Shown: in pieces, positions 18,443 through 27,970 of the stretch
Layout: every line of letters begins with the position of its first letter
How positions within the stretch are numbered: the stretch's first letter is position 1
Origin: an uncultured Anaerolineae bacterium
Lineage (GTDB): Bacteria > Chloroflexota > Anaerolineae > JAADDB01
Assembly (NCBI GenBank): GCA_964402285.1
Contig: CAYOAZ010000010.1
Coordinates: 8,357 to 72,356, forward strand
Reading direction: 5' to 3'
Length of the DNA: 64,000 nt
Position numbers and translations under genes: made by a program
Notes under the pieces: generated by a model
The model's input: only the letters and a program-made list of their open reading frames with translations
Database searches by the model: none
Told to the model about the DNA's origin: nothing

Positions 18443-20556
18443 CCGAGTACCCGTCGTCCGCGCCCTGCTCCCTCATCTGGGCCCACAATACCCCGTCGTT
18501 CCAGTTCTTCCATGATTTCCTGGGCTCGTTTAAAGCCAATGTGCAATTTACGTTGAAGCAGGGAGGCAGAGACGCGTTCTTGTCCTTGAATGAGAGCGAT
18601 GGCTTCTTCCAGCACTTCGTCCCTCTCCTCGTTTTGAGTTTGGATGTGGGCCCAGGGTGCCTCACCCGAGGAGTGGCCACGAAAGTGATCTTGCCACCAT
18701 TGGACCACACGGTCAACTTCTTCGTCGGAGACGTATGCTCCTTGCAACCGTATTGGGGCGGGTTTGTCGGGCGCCAGGAAAAGGCCATCGCCGCGCCCCA
18801 GTAAGGTTTCTGCTCCAGGGGTATCCAGGATTACCCGAGAGTCCACTTGTGATGTGACGGCAAAAGCCAGGCGTGCAGGGAAGTTGGTCTTGATGAGTCC
18901 GGTAATGACGTCCACACTGGGCCGCTGGGTTGCAACTACAAGGTGGATCCCTGTGGCGCGGGCCATCTGGGCAAGCCGGATGAGCATTTGTTCGACCTGG
19001 TCGCCCGCGGCCAGCATGATGTCGGCTAACTCGTCAATGACCAGGACAATGTAGGGGAGGGTGGGGCGTTGATGGCGGCGGGCCCATGTGTTGTAACTGC
19101 GCAGATTTCGCGCGTGCACGCGTTCGAAGGCTCGATACCGGTCGTCCATTTGAAGCAGTAACCAGGTTAGGGCTCGTATGACGTCCTCTATTTCGGTGAT
19201 GACGGGCCCCAGGAGGTGAGGTACATTGACGAAATGGGTTAATTCCACCCGCTTGGGATCAACCAGGATGAAGCGCAGGTCATAAGGTGTGTTGCGCATC
19301 AGCCAGGTTACAAGCATGCTGGCAATAGCCACGGATTTCCCCGAGCCGGTAGCGCCTGCTATCAGCAAGTGGGGCAATTTTGTGAGGTCCGAAACTACAG
19401 GTTGACCGGTCACATCCCGTCCCAACGCAAGGGCCAGTGGGCTACGCAGGCGTTGGAATTCTTCCGAAGCGATAACTCCTCCCAGGGGGACGATGCTGAT
19501 TTGGGTGTTGGGCACTTCGATGCCTACATATGGCTTACCCGGTACCGGGGCCTCGATGCGTATTGCGGGTGCTGCTAACATCAATGCTAAGTCGTGCTGG
19601 AGGGCAAGGATTTTACGCACGGATACACGGCGTTTTTGGCCGCTTTTGCTGGTCACAGTGAGGGGTTGTACGCAATACTGTGTTACTGCGGGTCCCACGT
19701 GGACTTCCACAACACGCACGGGGACGCCAAAGTTTTTAAGGGTTTCCCGGATAAGCCGGGCTTTTTTGCGCTGTTCCGCCTGAGGGGCGATGGAAAAATC
19801 TTCCTGGTTCAGCAGACTTAACGGCGGCAGCGCGTAACCCGTCTCAACTTCAAGGGGGGGCAGGACGCGCTCTGGAGCGGGTTGTTTAGGTGAGCGCCAT
19901 AATTGCCATTGGGACCGCAGGCGATCCCATAGGGAGGCGCGTTTCTCCTTGAGGGGAGCGCGCACGGGACGGTGTTGGGCTGGCAGGTGCCATCCCAACC
20001 AAGGGGCCAGTTGGGCCCGTAACCATAATCCCCATTGGAGGATGACGTCCTGATCCAACGTCCATGGGGAATACCAGTAAATAAGCGCCAAGCCCATTCC
20101 CAGGAGGAGGACAAGTGCGGGGACTGTAAACGACGGTCCCACCACATTGGACAACATTTGGACCAGGGCTGCTCCTGCTATGCCTCCTGCAGGCCCCTCT
20201 GTTGCTGTGTCGGCTAAGCCAAGGGCGGCCCATCCTGCGAGTTCCCAGCCGACGACGAAGAGGGGATGAATGTCTTCCCTGGAGGTATCTGTGCCCTTCA
20301 GGAAGGGAATCAGTGCGAGCGCTAACGCCAAGGGCCATCGTCCTATGCCCCAGAGGTGTGTCCAAGCCTCCCAGGGGGTTCGCAATGCCGTAATAGGGAT
20401 CAGGTGGATCAGGGACGCGAACAAAGGGAGCAGCCACAGCAGGTCTGCTGGTAGGGCGCGCACGTACCTCCACAGGTGAAGGAGTTCCTTTCCCCCGCGT
20501 ATTGCTGCCTGTATGATGCGTTGTTGCGACGATGTTGGGCGCCTATGTTTTTTCAA
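18439..20556 (-). CDS. ftsK: FtsK/SpoIIIE DNA translocase
   Basis: N-terminal TMs, PHLLIAGATGSGKS, ILVDPKRVEL, VIDELAD, RATGIHLVVATQRPSVDVITG, gamma domain SASLLQRKLHIGFKRA. TTG start is uncertain. Confidence 0.93.
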   Translation of the reverse strand: MKKHRRPTSSQQRIIQAAIRGGKELLHLWRYVRALPADLLWLLPLFASLIHLIPITALRTPWEAWTHLWGIGRWPLALALALIPFLKGTDTSREDIHPLFVVGWELAGWAALGLADTATEGPAGGIAGAALVQMLSNVVGPSFTVPALVLLLGMGLALIYWYSPWTLDQDVILQWGLWLRAQLAPWLGWHLPAQHRPVRAPLKEKRASLWDRLRSQWQLWRSPKQPAPERVLPPLEVETGYALPPLSLLNQEDFSIAPQAEQRKKARLIRETLKNFGVPVRVVEVHVGPAVTQYCVQPLTVTSKSGQKRRVSVRKILALQHDLALMLAAPAIRIEAPVPGKPYVGIEVPNTQISIVPLGGVIASEEFQRLRSPLALALGRDVTGQPVVSDLTKLPHLLIAGATGSGKSVAIASMLVTWLMRNTPYDLRFILVDPKRVELTHFVNVPHLLGPVITEIEDVIRALTWLLLQMDDRYRAFERVHARNLRSYNTWARRHQRPTLPYIVLVIDELADIMLAAGDQVEQMLIRLAQMARATGIHLVVATQRPSVDVITGLIKTNFPARLAFAVTSQVDSRVILDTPGAETLLGRGDGLFLAPDKPAPIRLQGAYVSDEEVDRVVQWWQDHFRGHSSGEAPWAHIQTQNEERDEVLEEAIALIQGQERVSASLLQRKLHIGFKRAQEIMEELERRGIVGPDEGAGRGRRVLG

Positions 20557-20566
20557 GGGTATCCCG

Positions 20567-21520
20567 TTATTGCGCCTCTGCTGCCTGGCGAAGGCTCAGA
20601 GCGATACGCCGTTCGGGTGCGTTGACATTTAGTACTTTTACGCGCACCTGTTGTCCTCGTCGTACCACGTTCCACGGGCGTACAAAAGGCTGGTCCCCGA
20701 GTTCTGAAACGTGAATTAGCCCTTCTATTCCATCTTCCAGGCGCACAAAGGCTCCAAAGTGAACAATGTGACTTATTACACCCTCAACAATGTCGCCCGG
20801 GCGGTACCGCTGTTCCACGTTTTCCCACGGGTCAGGTTGAAGGCGTTTGATGCTCAATGCTATTTTACGCTGATTTGGCTTTAAGCCCAAGACGAGGACC
20901 TTCACGAGATCGCCCGGACGGACCACCTCGCTGGGGCGTTCCACCCGATTCCAAGAGAGTTCAGAGATGTGGACCAGCCCTTCAATACCGCCGATGTCAA
21001 CAAAGGCGCCGTAGGGAGCTAGACGAGTAACTTTGCCCTCTAGCACATCACCGGGTTGTAACGTCTCCCACAACTGCAGCGCATGTTCGTCTTCAAGCGC
21101 GGCCCGCTCGGAGAGGATTAATCGCCCGCGTGCCTTGTCGATTTCGATGATGCGCAGTTTTAGCGTTTGGCCCAGTCGTGTGCTTAACACATGGAGGCGT
21201 TCTTCAATGTCGGGCAAGCGGGGCAAGTTCAGCATGTGGGAGGTGGGGACGAATCCCTGGAGCGAGTAGTAATCCACGAGCACGCCGCCCTTGTTGTACC
21301 CGGTAATGGTCAACTTCAATATGCGGTGCTCGCGCATGTCTGCTTCAGCCCGGTCCCAATCTTCTGGTTTTCCCGGTACTGACATGGGGGGTACTGCCTT
21401 CTCCCGTCGCGGGGTGGGGGAGGACCATGAAGTTGGGGGATGGGTGGAGAGTTCTCCTTGTGAAAGCAGGGCTTCCCAGTAACCATCATCAGGTGGTGCA
21501 GGTATGTTACTGTAAACCAC
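20567..21520 (-). CDS. S1 RNA-binding-domain protein (three S1 repeats, RpsA-like paralog)
   Basis: GYNKGGVLV...[51 protein letters not shown] start with a gaggagg RBS. Confidence 0.88.
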   Translation of the reverse strand: MVYSNIPAPPDDGYWEALLSQGELSTHPPTSWSSPTPRREKAVPPMSVPGKPEDWDRAEADMREHRILKLTITGYNKGGVLVDYYSLQGFVPTSHMLNLPRLPDIEERLHVLSTRLGQTLKLRIIEIDKARGRLILSERAALEDEHALQLWETLQPGDVLEGKVTRLAPYGAFVDIGGIEGLVHISELSWNRVERPSEVVRPGDLVKVLVLGLKPNQRKIALSIKRLQPDPWENVEQRYRPGDIVEGVISHIVHFGAFVRLEDGIEGLIHVSELGDQPFVRPWNVVRRGQQVRVKVLNVNAPERRIALSLRQAAEAQ

Positions 21521-21615
21521 GGCACTCCTCCTCTTCAGCGTTCTCCACTTGCGGCATAGCGGAAAATGGATGAACTGTGGGGCTATTTATAACTAAAAGC
21601 CAAAAAGATAGTCTG

Positions 21616-21645
21616 ATTATACACAAGTTATAAAGCTTTTGTCAA
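21616..21645 (-). promoter_or_regulatory. Consensus sigma70 promoter for the S1-ftsK-hydrolase operon
   Basis: TTGACA-N18-TATAAT on the minus strand. Confidence 0.75.
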
Positions 21646-21689
21646 GGGGATTTTTGTAAAAATATCATTTGATTTTGGTGGAGGACAGT

Positions 21690-23618
21690 TCACGACGCGG
21701 AGGAATGGCCGTTGTTGGGGGAGGATTTTTGGCTCTGAACGTGTTCTTCCTCCATCTCACGCAATACCCTCGCCACTTCGGCAATAGCCACTCGCTGCTT
21801 TCGGTATAAGTCCGATTCGCTCATGGCTAAACGGTGGGCAATTTCACGTACTCGTTTTCCTTGAACGAATTTAAGGTCAAGGATGTTGTACAGGAGCCAT
21901 TCCGAAGTTGTCATGCGTCGCTGCCCCTCTGGACGTAGGCGTTCAATAGCCTGCAGGAGCACATTTTGCAGGGCACGAGTTTTGTGCATTCCCTGACTTT
22001 CCGCCTCTTTTGTAACTACCTGGAGGTTGAGAAGGGGATTCTCGCTCAGTTTTGGCCCCCCCCAGAAGTGACGCAGCGCGTCCCACACCCAGCGGACAAA
22101 GTCCGCATCACTGGCCGTTATAACCGGACTGGCCCCTTCCCGAGCGTTGAAGCGTGGGCTCCCATGCGTTTGTTGTAGGTGAATAATGGTGGGAATGGTG
22201 TCCCGCACGAGGGTGAAGATTTGCTGTTGCAGGTATCGGTCTTCAACCGCGGCTTCTGCTTGTTTTAGCAATCGTTTTACCCAGGATCGCGTTTCCTCAT
22301 CAATGAGCGACAAATCAGGTGTTTTGAGGCCCAGGAGCCCGATTATCGTGCCCTCCTTGCCGGAGCGCAACGGCGCTACCAGGTATGAACCGTGGGGTAT
22401 GAATGGCCATTCCGTGTCCACGGGCAACTCTCGCGCTTGCCGAACAATTTCAGCAATGTGCCGAGCGGTGAGTATCTCCAACGCATCCCCTACCGGACCA
22501 TACGCGGCCTGTAGACGCCACGCATCCTCCGCTATCGTGGCCACAAAACCACGATCTGAGCGCATCGCCTCACAGAGGTGCATGAGAATGTTCGTCAGCA
22601 CCTGGTGTAAGTCGGAAGTGGTTAATAGGCGACGTTCCAGTTCTGCCAACCAATCCAGTTCTTGCCTGTCCTGGGGGTAAACGATGCGGTCTATCCAGGG
22701 CATGATAAGGTGGACAATGCCCTGGGCGATGACGATAAGGCCGGTTATCACAACAACCAGCACCACCTGGCCGGGCAAGTCGAACAGGGTATCCAGGCGG
22801 GTTAAAACAAGTGTGGTCACGACCACAGCAATAGCCAATGTAGGACCGTTAAGGAGAAAGCGTACAAGGTTGCGTTTAATCACGCGCTCCGGAGTGAGTA
22901 CGCCATAATAGGCAACCGTGTAGGCGATCACAATGAGGGCAAGAGCCACTATAACGTTGCCGATGAGTGTGGAGGAGAGCACCAGCCAGGTTAAAGGATG
23001 GCTTCGTCGCGGCGTCAGGATAAGGTACGGGAACACAGCCAGGCCGGGTGCGGTGTATGCCAACGCAAGGCGAGTAATGCGCCGCTTGGTGGTAGTGGTA
23101 ATAGCCCGCTGGCGGGCTTGATACACGTTGTACGTACCGTAAAGGAGGGTAAACCCGTAGTATGCTGCAAAGATCGGAAAGAATGGACCCGCGGCTAACT
23201 GGTTAATCGGCGGTACGTAAGTGCCTGCCCGCACTACCAGATCACTGAACCAGGCCAGCACCACAAAGAACGCGCTTAATGCATAACTGCCAATGACGGC
23301 CGCTCGCCGCCGAACCGATGGATGCCCGGTTGTACGAAGGACCGCGTCAGATAGGTGAAGGTATGCGGCTGGCATAAAGCCAATGCCCAACCACTGGAGG
23401 CGTAACCAGCGTTGTACACTATCTGCCCGCGTCACGTAGGGAACAACCAGGTCACCCAGGTAGACCACCAGAAGGCTCCCCAACAGAGCCACAAACCCCC
23501 ACGCGACTTCACTGCGGAAGTTATTGACGAAAATGTACACGGCCAACGATAGGCTGAGAATGGCGATTGTGGCCGTGACCAGTTCGTTGAGAAAGACGAG
23601 AACGGTAATGCTGTCCAT
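21690..23618 (-). CDS. Membrane one-component regulator: HisKA_7TM-like N-terminal domain, GAF-like middle, C-terminal HTH
   Basis: About 8-9 TM helices (WLRLQWLGIGFMPAAYLH), a GAF-like segment (YLVAPLRSGKEGTIIGLLGL) and an HTH (GKRVREIAHRLAMSESDLYRKQRVA). No H-box or HATPase motifs. Confidence 0.75.
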   Translation of the reverse strand: MDSITVLVFLNELVTATIAILSLSLAVYIFVNNFRSEVAWGFVALLGSLLVVYLGDLVVPYVTRADSVQRWLRLQWLGIGFMPAAYLHLSDAVLRTTGHPSVRRRAAVIGSYALSAFFVVLAWFSDLVVRAGTYVPPINQLAAGPFFPIFAAYYGFTLLYGTYNVYQARQRAITTTTKRRITRLALAYTAPGLAVFPYLILTPRRSHPLTWLVLSSTLIGNVIVALALIVIAYTVAYYGVLTPERVIKRNLVRFLLNGPTLAIAVVVTTLVLTRLDTLFDLPGQVVLVVVITGLIVIAQGIVHLIMPWIDRIVYPQDRQELDWLAELERRLLTTSDLHQVLTNILMHLCEAMRSDRGFVATIAEDAWRLQAAYGPVGDALEILTARHIAEIVRQARELPVDTEWPFIPHGSYLVAPLRSGKEGTIIGLLGLKTPDLSLIDEETRSWVKRLLKQAEAAVEDRYLQQQIFTLVRDTIPTIIHLQQTHGSPRFNAREGASPVITASDADFVRWVWDALRHFWGGPKLSENPLLNLQVVTKEAESQGMHKTRALQNVLLQAIERLRPEGQRRMTTSEWLLYNILDLKFVQGKRVREIAHRLAMSESDLYRKQRVAIAEVARVLREMEEEHVQSQKSSPNNGHSSAS

Positions 23619-23657
23619 GCTTGTCCACGCTTAAACGCATGCCCACGCTTTTATGGC

Positions 23658-24200
23658 CTAAAACCAGCGGCGTAAGGAACGGCTTAAATACATGGCAATC
23701 TCGCCACGCCCAAAGTGGGCTTCATTATAGCCGCTGATTTCAAATCGGTGTTGTAAGAAGAATTGAATGGCCGGGTCGTTTTTTGTGTTAACCGCCACAA
23801 CCACGCGCTCTGGCCCGCGTTCCACCACCGAATGAATAGCCCGTTCTAACAGGGCGGTCCCCAATCCCCGGCGACGGTGAGACCGATCGACCACCAGATG
23901 GCGAATCCAAGCGATATTGTTTGCCTCATCCGGAACGATAAGCACAAACCCAACCACTTGACTCTGTTCAACGGCAACCCACAGAGCGTCTCTCTGCTCA
24001 TAATGCCTTATCAGCGAGTCCCCAAGTGGAGGGTAGCGCAATTTCATCGTACGGGGCAAACGCACGCGCTGTAAGGTCACGGAAATTTTGTGAGCGTCCA
24101 CCACCCGTCGGAGTTGCCAAACGTATTCCGTGTTCACGTGCATATCCAGATGGAAGCAGGCGTTCACGTCTTGCAGCGTAGGAAATCGGATATAGGCCAT
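23658..24200 (-). CDS. GNAT family N-acetyltransferase
   Basis: WIRHLVVDRSHRRRGLGTALL, NDPAIQFFLQHRF. Confidence 0.9.
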   Translation of the reverse strand: MAYIRFPTLQDVNACFHLDMHVNTEYVWQLRRVVDAHKISVTLQRVRLPRTMKLRYPPLGDSLIRHYEQRDALWVAVEQSQVVGFVLIVPDEANNIAWIRHLVVDRSHRRRGLGTALLERAIHSVVERGPERVVVAVNTKNDPAIQFFLQHRFEISGYNEAHFGRGEIAMYLSRSLRRWF

Positions 24201-24345
24201 TGCTTCTACCCCATGTTCACGGGCATCTGTTGTTCGACCTATTGTAGCACACCTCTATTCCAAGCGTAACCTTTGCTTCTGGCTTACGTTGGTCCTTACA
24301 GAGAGGACGCAAAAGACTAAACTTGCACGACAAGGAGGTGCAACC

Positions 24346-25707
24346 ATGACTACTAAAATCTGGAAGTTCGTCGCCATTCTGGTGGCAGTCGCTCTCGTGG
24401 GGGTTCTCGTCCCCATGAGTGGTTTGGCCGATGTTGCTGAACCTGATCAACCCGATTTAGCCCTACTCCGGGGGATGATTGAAACCATGCCGGAGGATGG
24501 GTACGTGGGGACTTGGCAGGTGGGAGGAATTCCCGTTCAGGTGGATGAGAACACGTTTGTGAGTGACCGCGTTGGGACTCCTACCCAGGGAAGTTGGGTG
24601 AAAGTCATTGGCGCACCCGATGGAAACGGAGGCGTGAACGCGGAGTGGATTAAGGTTATCGATCCTATGACCTTCCCGAGTCTGCTCGGACAAGTGGATT
24701 CGGTGGCGGATACGGCCATGTCGGTTGCGGGTGTGGCCATGCAAGTAAACCAGGACACGCTGATGGTCGGAAACATCCAGCAGGGAACCTATGCTCGTGT
24801 CCTCTATGAGGAACAGGCGGACGGCACCCTTATGGCCGTGCAGGTGCGGGAAATGACCCCTGATGGATTGCCGGTGCCAACTGTCACTGCTACCCCGGTC
24901 CGTGTTCGCGTCGTGTCCTTTAAGGGGACTGTGCAGGAGATTCCGGACGGCCGCATAGGTACGTGGCGCATTGGGGATAAGGACGTGTTGGTCACAGCCA
25001 ATACGTGGATCGATGAACACAAGGGTCCTGCTACCGAAGGCGCGTTGGTGAAGGTGTTAAGCCTGCAGAACGATGCCGAGGACCTCGTGGCCATTCGGAT
25101 TGTGGTCGAGCGAAGCGCTGTGGATGTCCAAATGCCTTACACCCACCTGACTGGCGTTATTGAAGCCCTGCCCGCGGATGGGCTTCAGGGAACCTGGGTT
25201 GTAAGCGGGCATAACGTACAGGTTACCGCTAATACCCTGGTGGATGCTCGTCGAGGAACGCCTGAGGTAGGCGACATCGCCCATGTTGTTGGGTACGCGG
25301 CCGCAAACAACGAGATCGTTGCGACCCGCATCACCGTGGTCAAACATCAGCAGATGCCAGTACCCACGGCTACGCCCAGCATGACACCGCAGCCGCCTCA
25401 TCCAACACACACGCCGCAGCCGCCTCATCCGACGCATACACCGCAGCCACCTATGCCAACACACACGCCGCAGCCGCCTCACCCGACGCACACACCGCAG
25501 CCACCTATGCCGACGCATACGCCGCAGCCGCCTCACCCGACCCATACACCGCAGCCACCTATGCCGACGCATACGCCGCAGCCGCCTATGCCAACACACA
25601 CGCCGCAACCGCCTATGCCGACGCACACACCGCAGCCGCCTCACCCAACCCATACACCGCAGCCGCCCCATCCGACGCACACACCGCAGCCGCCTGCAAT
25701 GCCGTAA
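24346..25707 (+). CDS. Secreted DUF5666-repeat protein with C-terminal His/Met-Pro tandem repeats
   Basis: Signal peptide, then four modules of the type G.(I/V)E..P.....G.W.V.G..V.V...T.....G....G..V.V. RBS aggaggt. Confidence 0.8.
   Translation: MTTKIWKFVAILVAVALVGVLVPMSGLADVAEPDQPDLALLRGMIETMPEDGYVGTWQVGGIPVQVDENTFVSDRVGTPTQGSWVKVIGAPDGNGGVNAEWIKVIDPMTFPSLLGQVDSVADTAMSVAGVAMQVNQDTLMVGNIQQGTYARVLYEEQADGTLMAVQVREMTPDGLPVPTVTATPVRVRVVSFKGTVQEIPDGRIGTWRIGDKDVLVTANTWIDEHKGPATEGALVKVLSLQNDAEDLVAIRIVVERSAVDVQMPYTHLTGVIEALPADGLQGTWVVSGHNVQVTANTLVDARRGTPEVGDIAHVVGYAAANNEIVATRITVVKHQQMPVPTATPSMTPQPPHPTHTPQPPHPTHTPQPPMPTHTPQPPHPTHTPQPPMPTHTPQPPHPTHTPQPPMPTHTPQPPMPTHTPQPPMPTHTPQPPHPTHTPQPPHPTHTPQPPAMP
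25384..25704 (+). repeat. 27-bp in-frame tandem repeat encoding TPQPP(H/M)PTH, 11 full copies plus 1 partial
   Basis: Units of the type acaccgcagccgcctcatccaacacac with synonymous variation. Confidence 0.95.
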
Positions 25708-25749
25708 TGGGGCGGAATCAGATAGGAAGTTAGCGAACAGAACGCTCTA

Positions 25750-25790
25750 CATCACATCCACGGTTCTCGAAAGGAACCGTGGATGTGATG
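25750..25790. other. Perfect 17-bp inverted repeat (7-nt loop), intergenic
   Basis: CATCACATCCACGGTTC-tcgaaag-GAACCGTGGATGTGATG. No clear U-tract on either side. Confidence 0.85.
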
Positions 25791-25820
25791 AAATTTCTTG
25801 AGTCAAAGTGAGGAGGTACC

Positions 25821-26492
25821 GTGCGAAGCAATATGAGAAGAAATCTACTGCTTGGACTTTTGATATTCATTGCACTCCTTGGCCTTGTGGGCCTTGGGGG
25901 GATGTACAGTAGAGGGGTTGATGCGCAAGAGAACGCGTGTGTAGACCTCATCGTCAATGGGGACTTTGAATCCGATGGTGGATGGGAAGAGTATTCGTCT
26001 CAGGGGCTACACCTGATTTCTTCCTTCCCCCCACCTAGCCAATCTTACCATTCGGGTTCTCGGGGGGCCTATCTGGCCGATTATAACAACGCAGAGGATC
26101 GCATCTATCAGGAAATTGCCCTTCCCGCGGACGCGATTTCTGTTACGTTGACCTATTGGTGGCAAGTGGACACGGAAGAGTCATCCGACCTTCCTCGGGA
26201 TGCCTTAACAGTGACTTTGGATGCTCCCCTGGGTACACCTATTACTGTTTTAGGCGTTCACTCTAACCTGGATGCCGAAGCCGTCTGGCATCAGGCCGAG
26301 GTCGATCTTTCTGCGTACCGGGGTCGAACAGTCGTACTCCGTTTCGAGGCTCGGACAGATGGTTCGTTACCCACAGGCTTCTTCATTGATGATGTTTCGG
26401 TTATAACCTGTCAACCTGAACCTACTCCAACACCTACACCACAAATTCACTTCTTGAAGCGGTTTTTGCCACTGCTCTATCGTACACGATGA
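25821..26492 (+). CDS. Secreted beta-sandwich (carbohydrate-binding-like) protein with C-terminal FLPL motif
   Basis: Signal peptide, LIVNGDFES..W, VTLTYWW, VDLSAYRGRTVVLRF, FFIDDVSV, PT linker, RFLPLLYR end. Confidence 0.75.
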   Translation: MRSNMRRNLLLGLLIFIALLGLVGLGGMYSRGVDAQENACVDLIVNGDFESDGGWEEYSSQGLHLISSFPPPSQSYHSGSRGAYLADYNNAEDRIYQEIALPADAISVTLTYWWQVDTEESSDLPRDALTVTLDAPLGTPITVLGVHSNLDAEAVWHQAEVDLSAYRGRTVVLRFEARTDGSLPTGFFIDDVSVITCQPEPTPTPTPQIHFLKRFLPLLYRTR

Positions 26493-26653
26493 GAGGCACG
26501 TCCGTCGCGAATTCTTGACAGGTGTTTTGAGCGCCCTGCTGCCTTCACGTCATTCCTGCAGATGGCCCTGAGGTGACCTTGGTTTCCTGCGGGGAAACTT
26601 GTTGTGTTAGACTTGTAGGGGCACGCGATTATGCGGATTGACGTGAGGCACAC

Positions 26654-27565
26654 ATGGATACGCGACGGCGGGTGGCGCTCCTGTCCATTGGGGCAGGGGC
26701 GTCTACCCTGCTTCTTAAATTTTTAGCATATTGGTGGACAGGCTCCGTAGGCTTGCTCTCCGACGCGGCTGAATCTGGCGTCAACCTGGCAGCCGCTCTC
26801 TTCGCCTTTGCTATGATCTCCTATGCTTGTCGTCCTCCGGATTACACCCATCACTACGGGCATGAGAAGGCAGAGTACTTGTCCAGCACACTGGAAGGGG
26901 GACTTATTGTGCTGGCGGCCGGGGGCATAGCATATGCGGCTGTGCAACGCCTTTTACATCCCGTCCCCCTGCACGAGTTGGGGCATGGCCTTGTGGTCGC
27001 GTTGGTGGCTTCTTCCATCAATTTTGCTGTCGCCCGCGTTTTAATGCACTATGCGCGGCGGTATGACAGCATCGCCCTGGAGGCAGATGCCCAACACCTC
27101 TTGACTGACGTGTGGACCTCGCTGGGAGTTCTTGTGGGGGTGGCTGTGGCTGGGATAAGCGGATGGTACATTCTGGATCCCCTTATTGCTCTGGCTGTGG
27201 CCGGGAACATCGTTCGAGTAGGCATTAGTTTGCTTCGCCAATCCCTGGATGGTCTCCTGGATCGCGCGCTCCCGGCAGAGGAGATTGAAAGTATTCGGCA
27301 AGTTATTTCAGAAGTGGCCGGCCCTGAAACACCTTACCATGGCCTTCGCACACGCAAGTCAGGAAACCGTCGGTTTGTGGATTTTCACTTACTCGTCCCC
27401 GGGGATATGTCGGTGCGAGATGCCCATCGCATTGCCGACCGCATTGAGCGCCACATTAATGAAAAATTGCCGAACACGTATGTTACTATTCACATCGAAC
27501 CTTTAGAGGACGCCTCCTCCTGGGACGCGCAGGATGTAGGGGGCATCTCCTCACACTGTAGTTGA
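26654..27565 (+). CDS. Cation diffusion facilitator (FieF-like)
   Basis: SVGLLSDAAES, HHYGHEKAEY, ALEADAQHLLTDVWTS, FVDFHLLV, TIHIEP. Confidence 0.93.
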   Translation: MDTRRRVALLSIGAGASTLLLKFLAYWWTGSVGLLSDAAESGVNLAAALFAFAMISYACRPPDYTHHYGHEKAEYLSSTLEGGLIVLAAGGIAYAAVQRLLHPVPLHELGHGLVVALVASSINFAVARVLMHYARRYDSIALEADAQHLLTDVWTSLGVLVGVAVAGISGWYILDPLIALAVAGNIVRVGISLLRQSLDGLLDRALPAEEIESIRQVISEVAGPETPYHGLRTRKSGNRRFVDFHLLVPGDMSVRDAHRIADRIERHINEKLPNTYVTIHIEPLEDASSWDAQDVGGISSHCS

Positions 27566-27658
27566 TGTGGGGAACGAGCCTTCGCGTTTTGGCTTTCCCA
27601 GTCTCCCTGGGATACAATTAGGCGTACTTGGAAATCTTAGACAGGAGGCAAAACGCGC

Positions 27659-27961
27659 ATGGCTCTCACGCGCGAGGATGTTCAGCATGTAGCCTGGTTG
27701 GCCCGTCTCCAATTGACGGAAGAGGAGATTGACCTGTTCCGTGAACACCTTTCTGCTATTTTAGAGTACGCCCAGGTTCTGGCCGAGATAGATGTTTCCG
27801 GTGTCCCCCCAACCGCCACAGTTTTGCCCATGCGCAATGTCATGCGTGAGGACGAGGTGCGTCCCTCGCTGCCGCGTGATGTGGTTTTATCTAATGCTCC
27901 GGACAAGCAGGACGGGTATTTCCGCGTTCGTGCCGTTCTCGACACCGGAGATGAGGGATAG
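27659..27961 (+). CDS. gatC: Asp/Glu-tRNA amidotransferase subunit C
   Basis: LTREDVQHVAWLARL, NVMREDEV, NAPDKQDGYFRV. Confidence 0.96.
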   Translation: MALTREDVQHVAWLARLQLTEEEIDLFREHLSAILEYAQVLAEIDVSGVPPTATVLPMRNVMREDEVRPSLPRDVVLSNAPDKQDGYFRVRAVLDTGDEG

Positions 27962-27970
27962 GGGGGCGCC

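Noticed and set aside
25057-25704. CRISPR array or antisense Arg-rich ORF at the 27-bp repeats (also 59387-59764)
   Set aside because: The units are contiguous with no spacers, in frame, vary synonymously, and no cas genes are present. The antisense ORFs are mirror artefacts.
26493-26653. NiCo, yybP or fluoride riboswitch upstream of the CDF gene
   Set aside because: No recognisable conserved core was found by eye; a cmscan would settle it.
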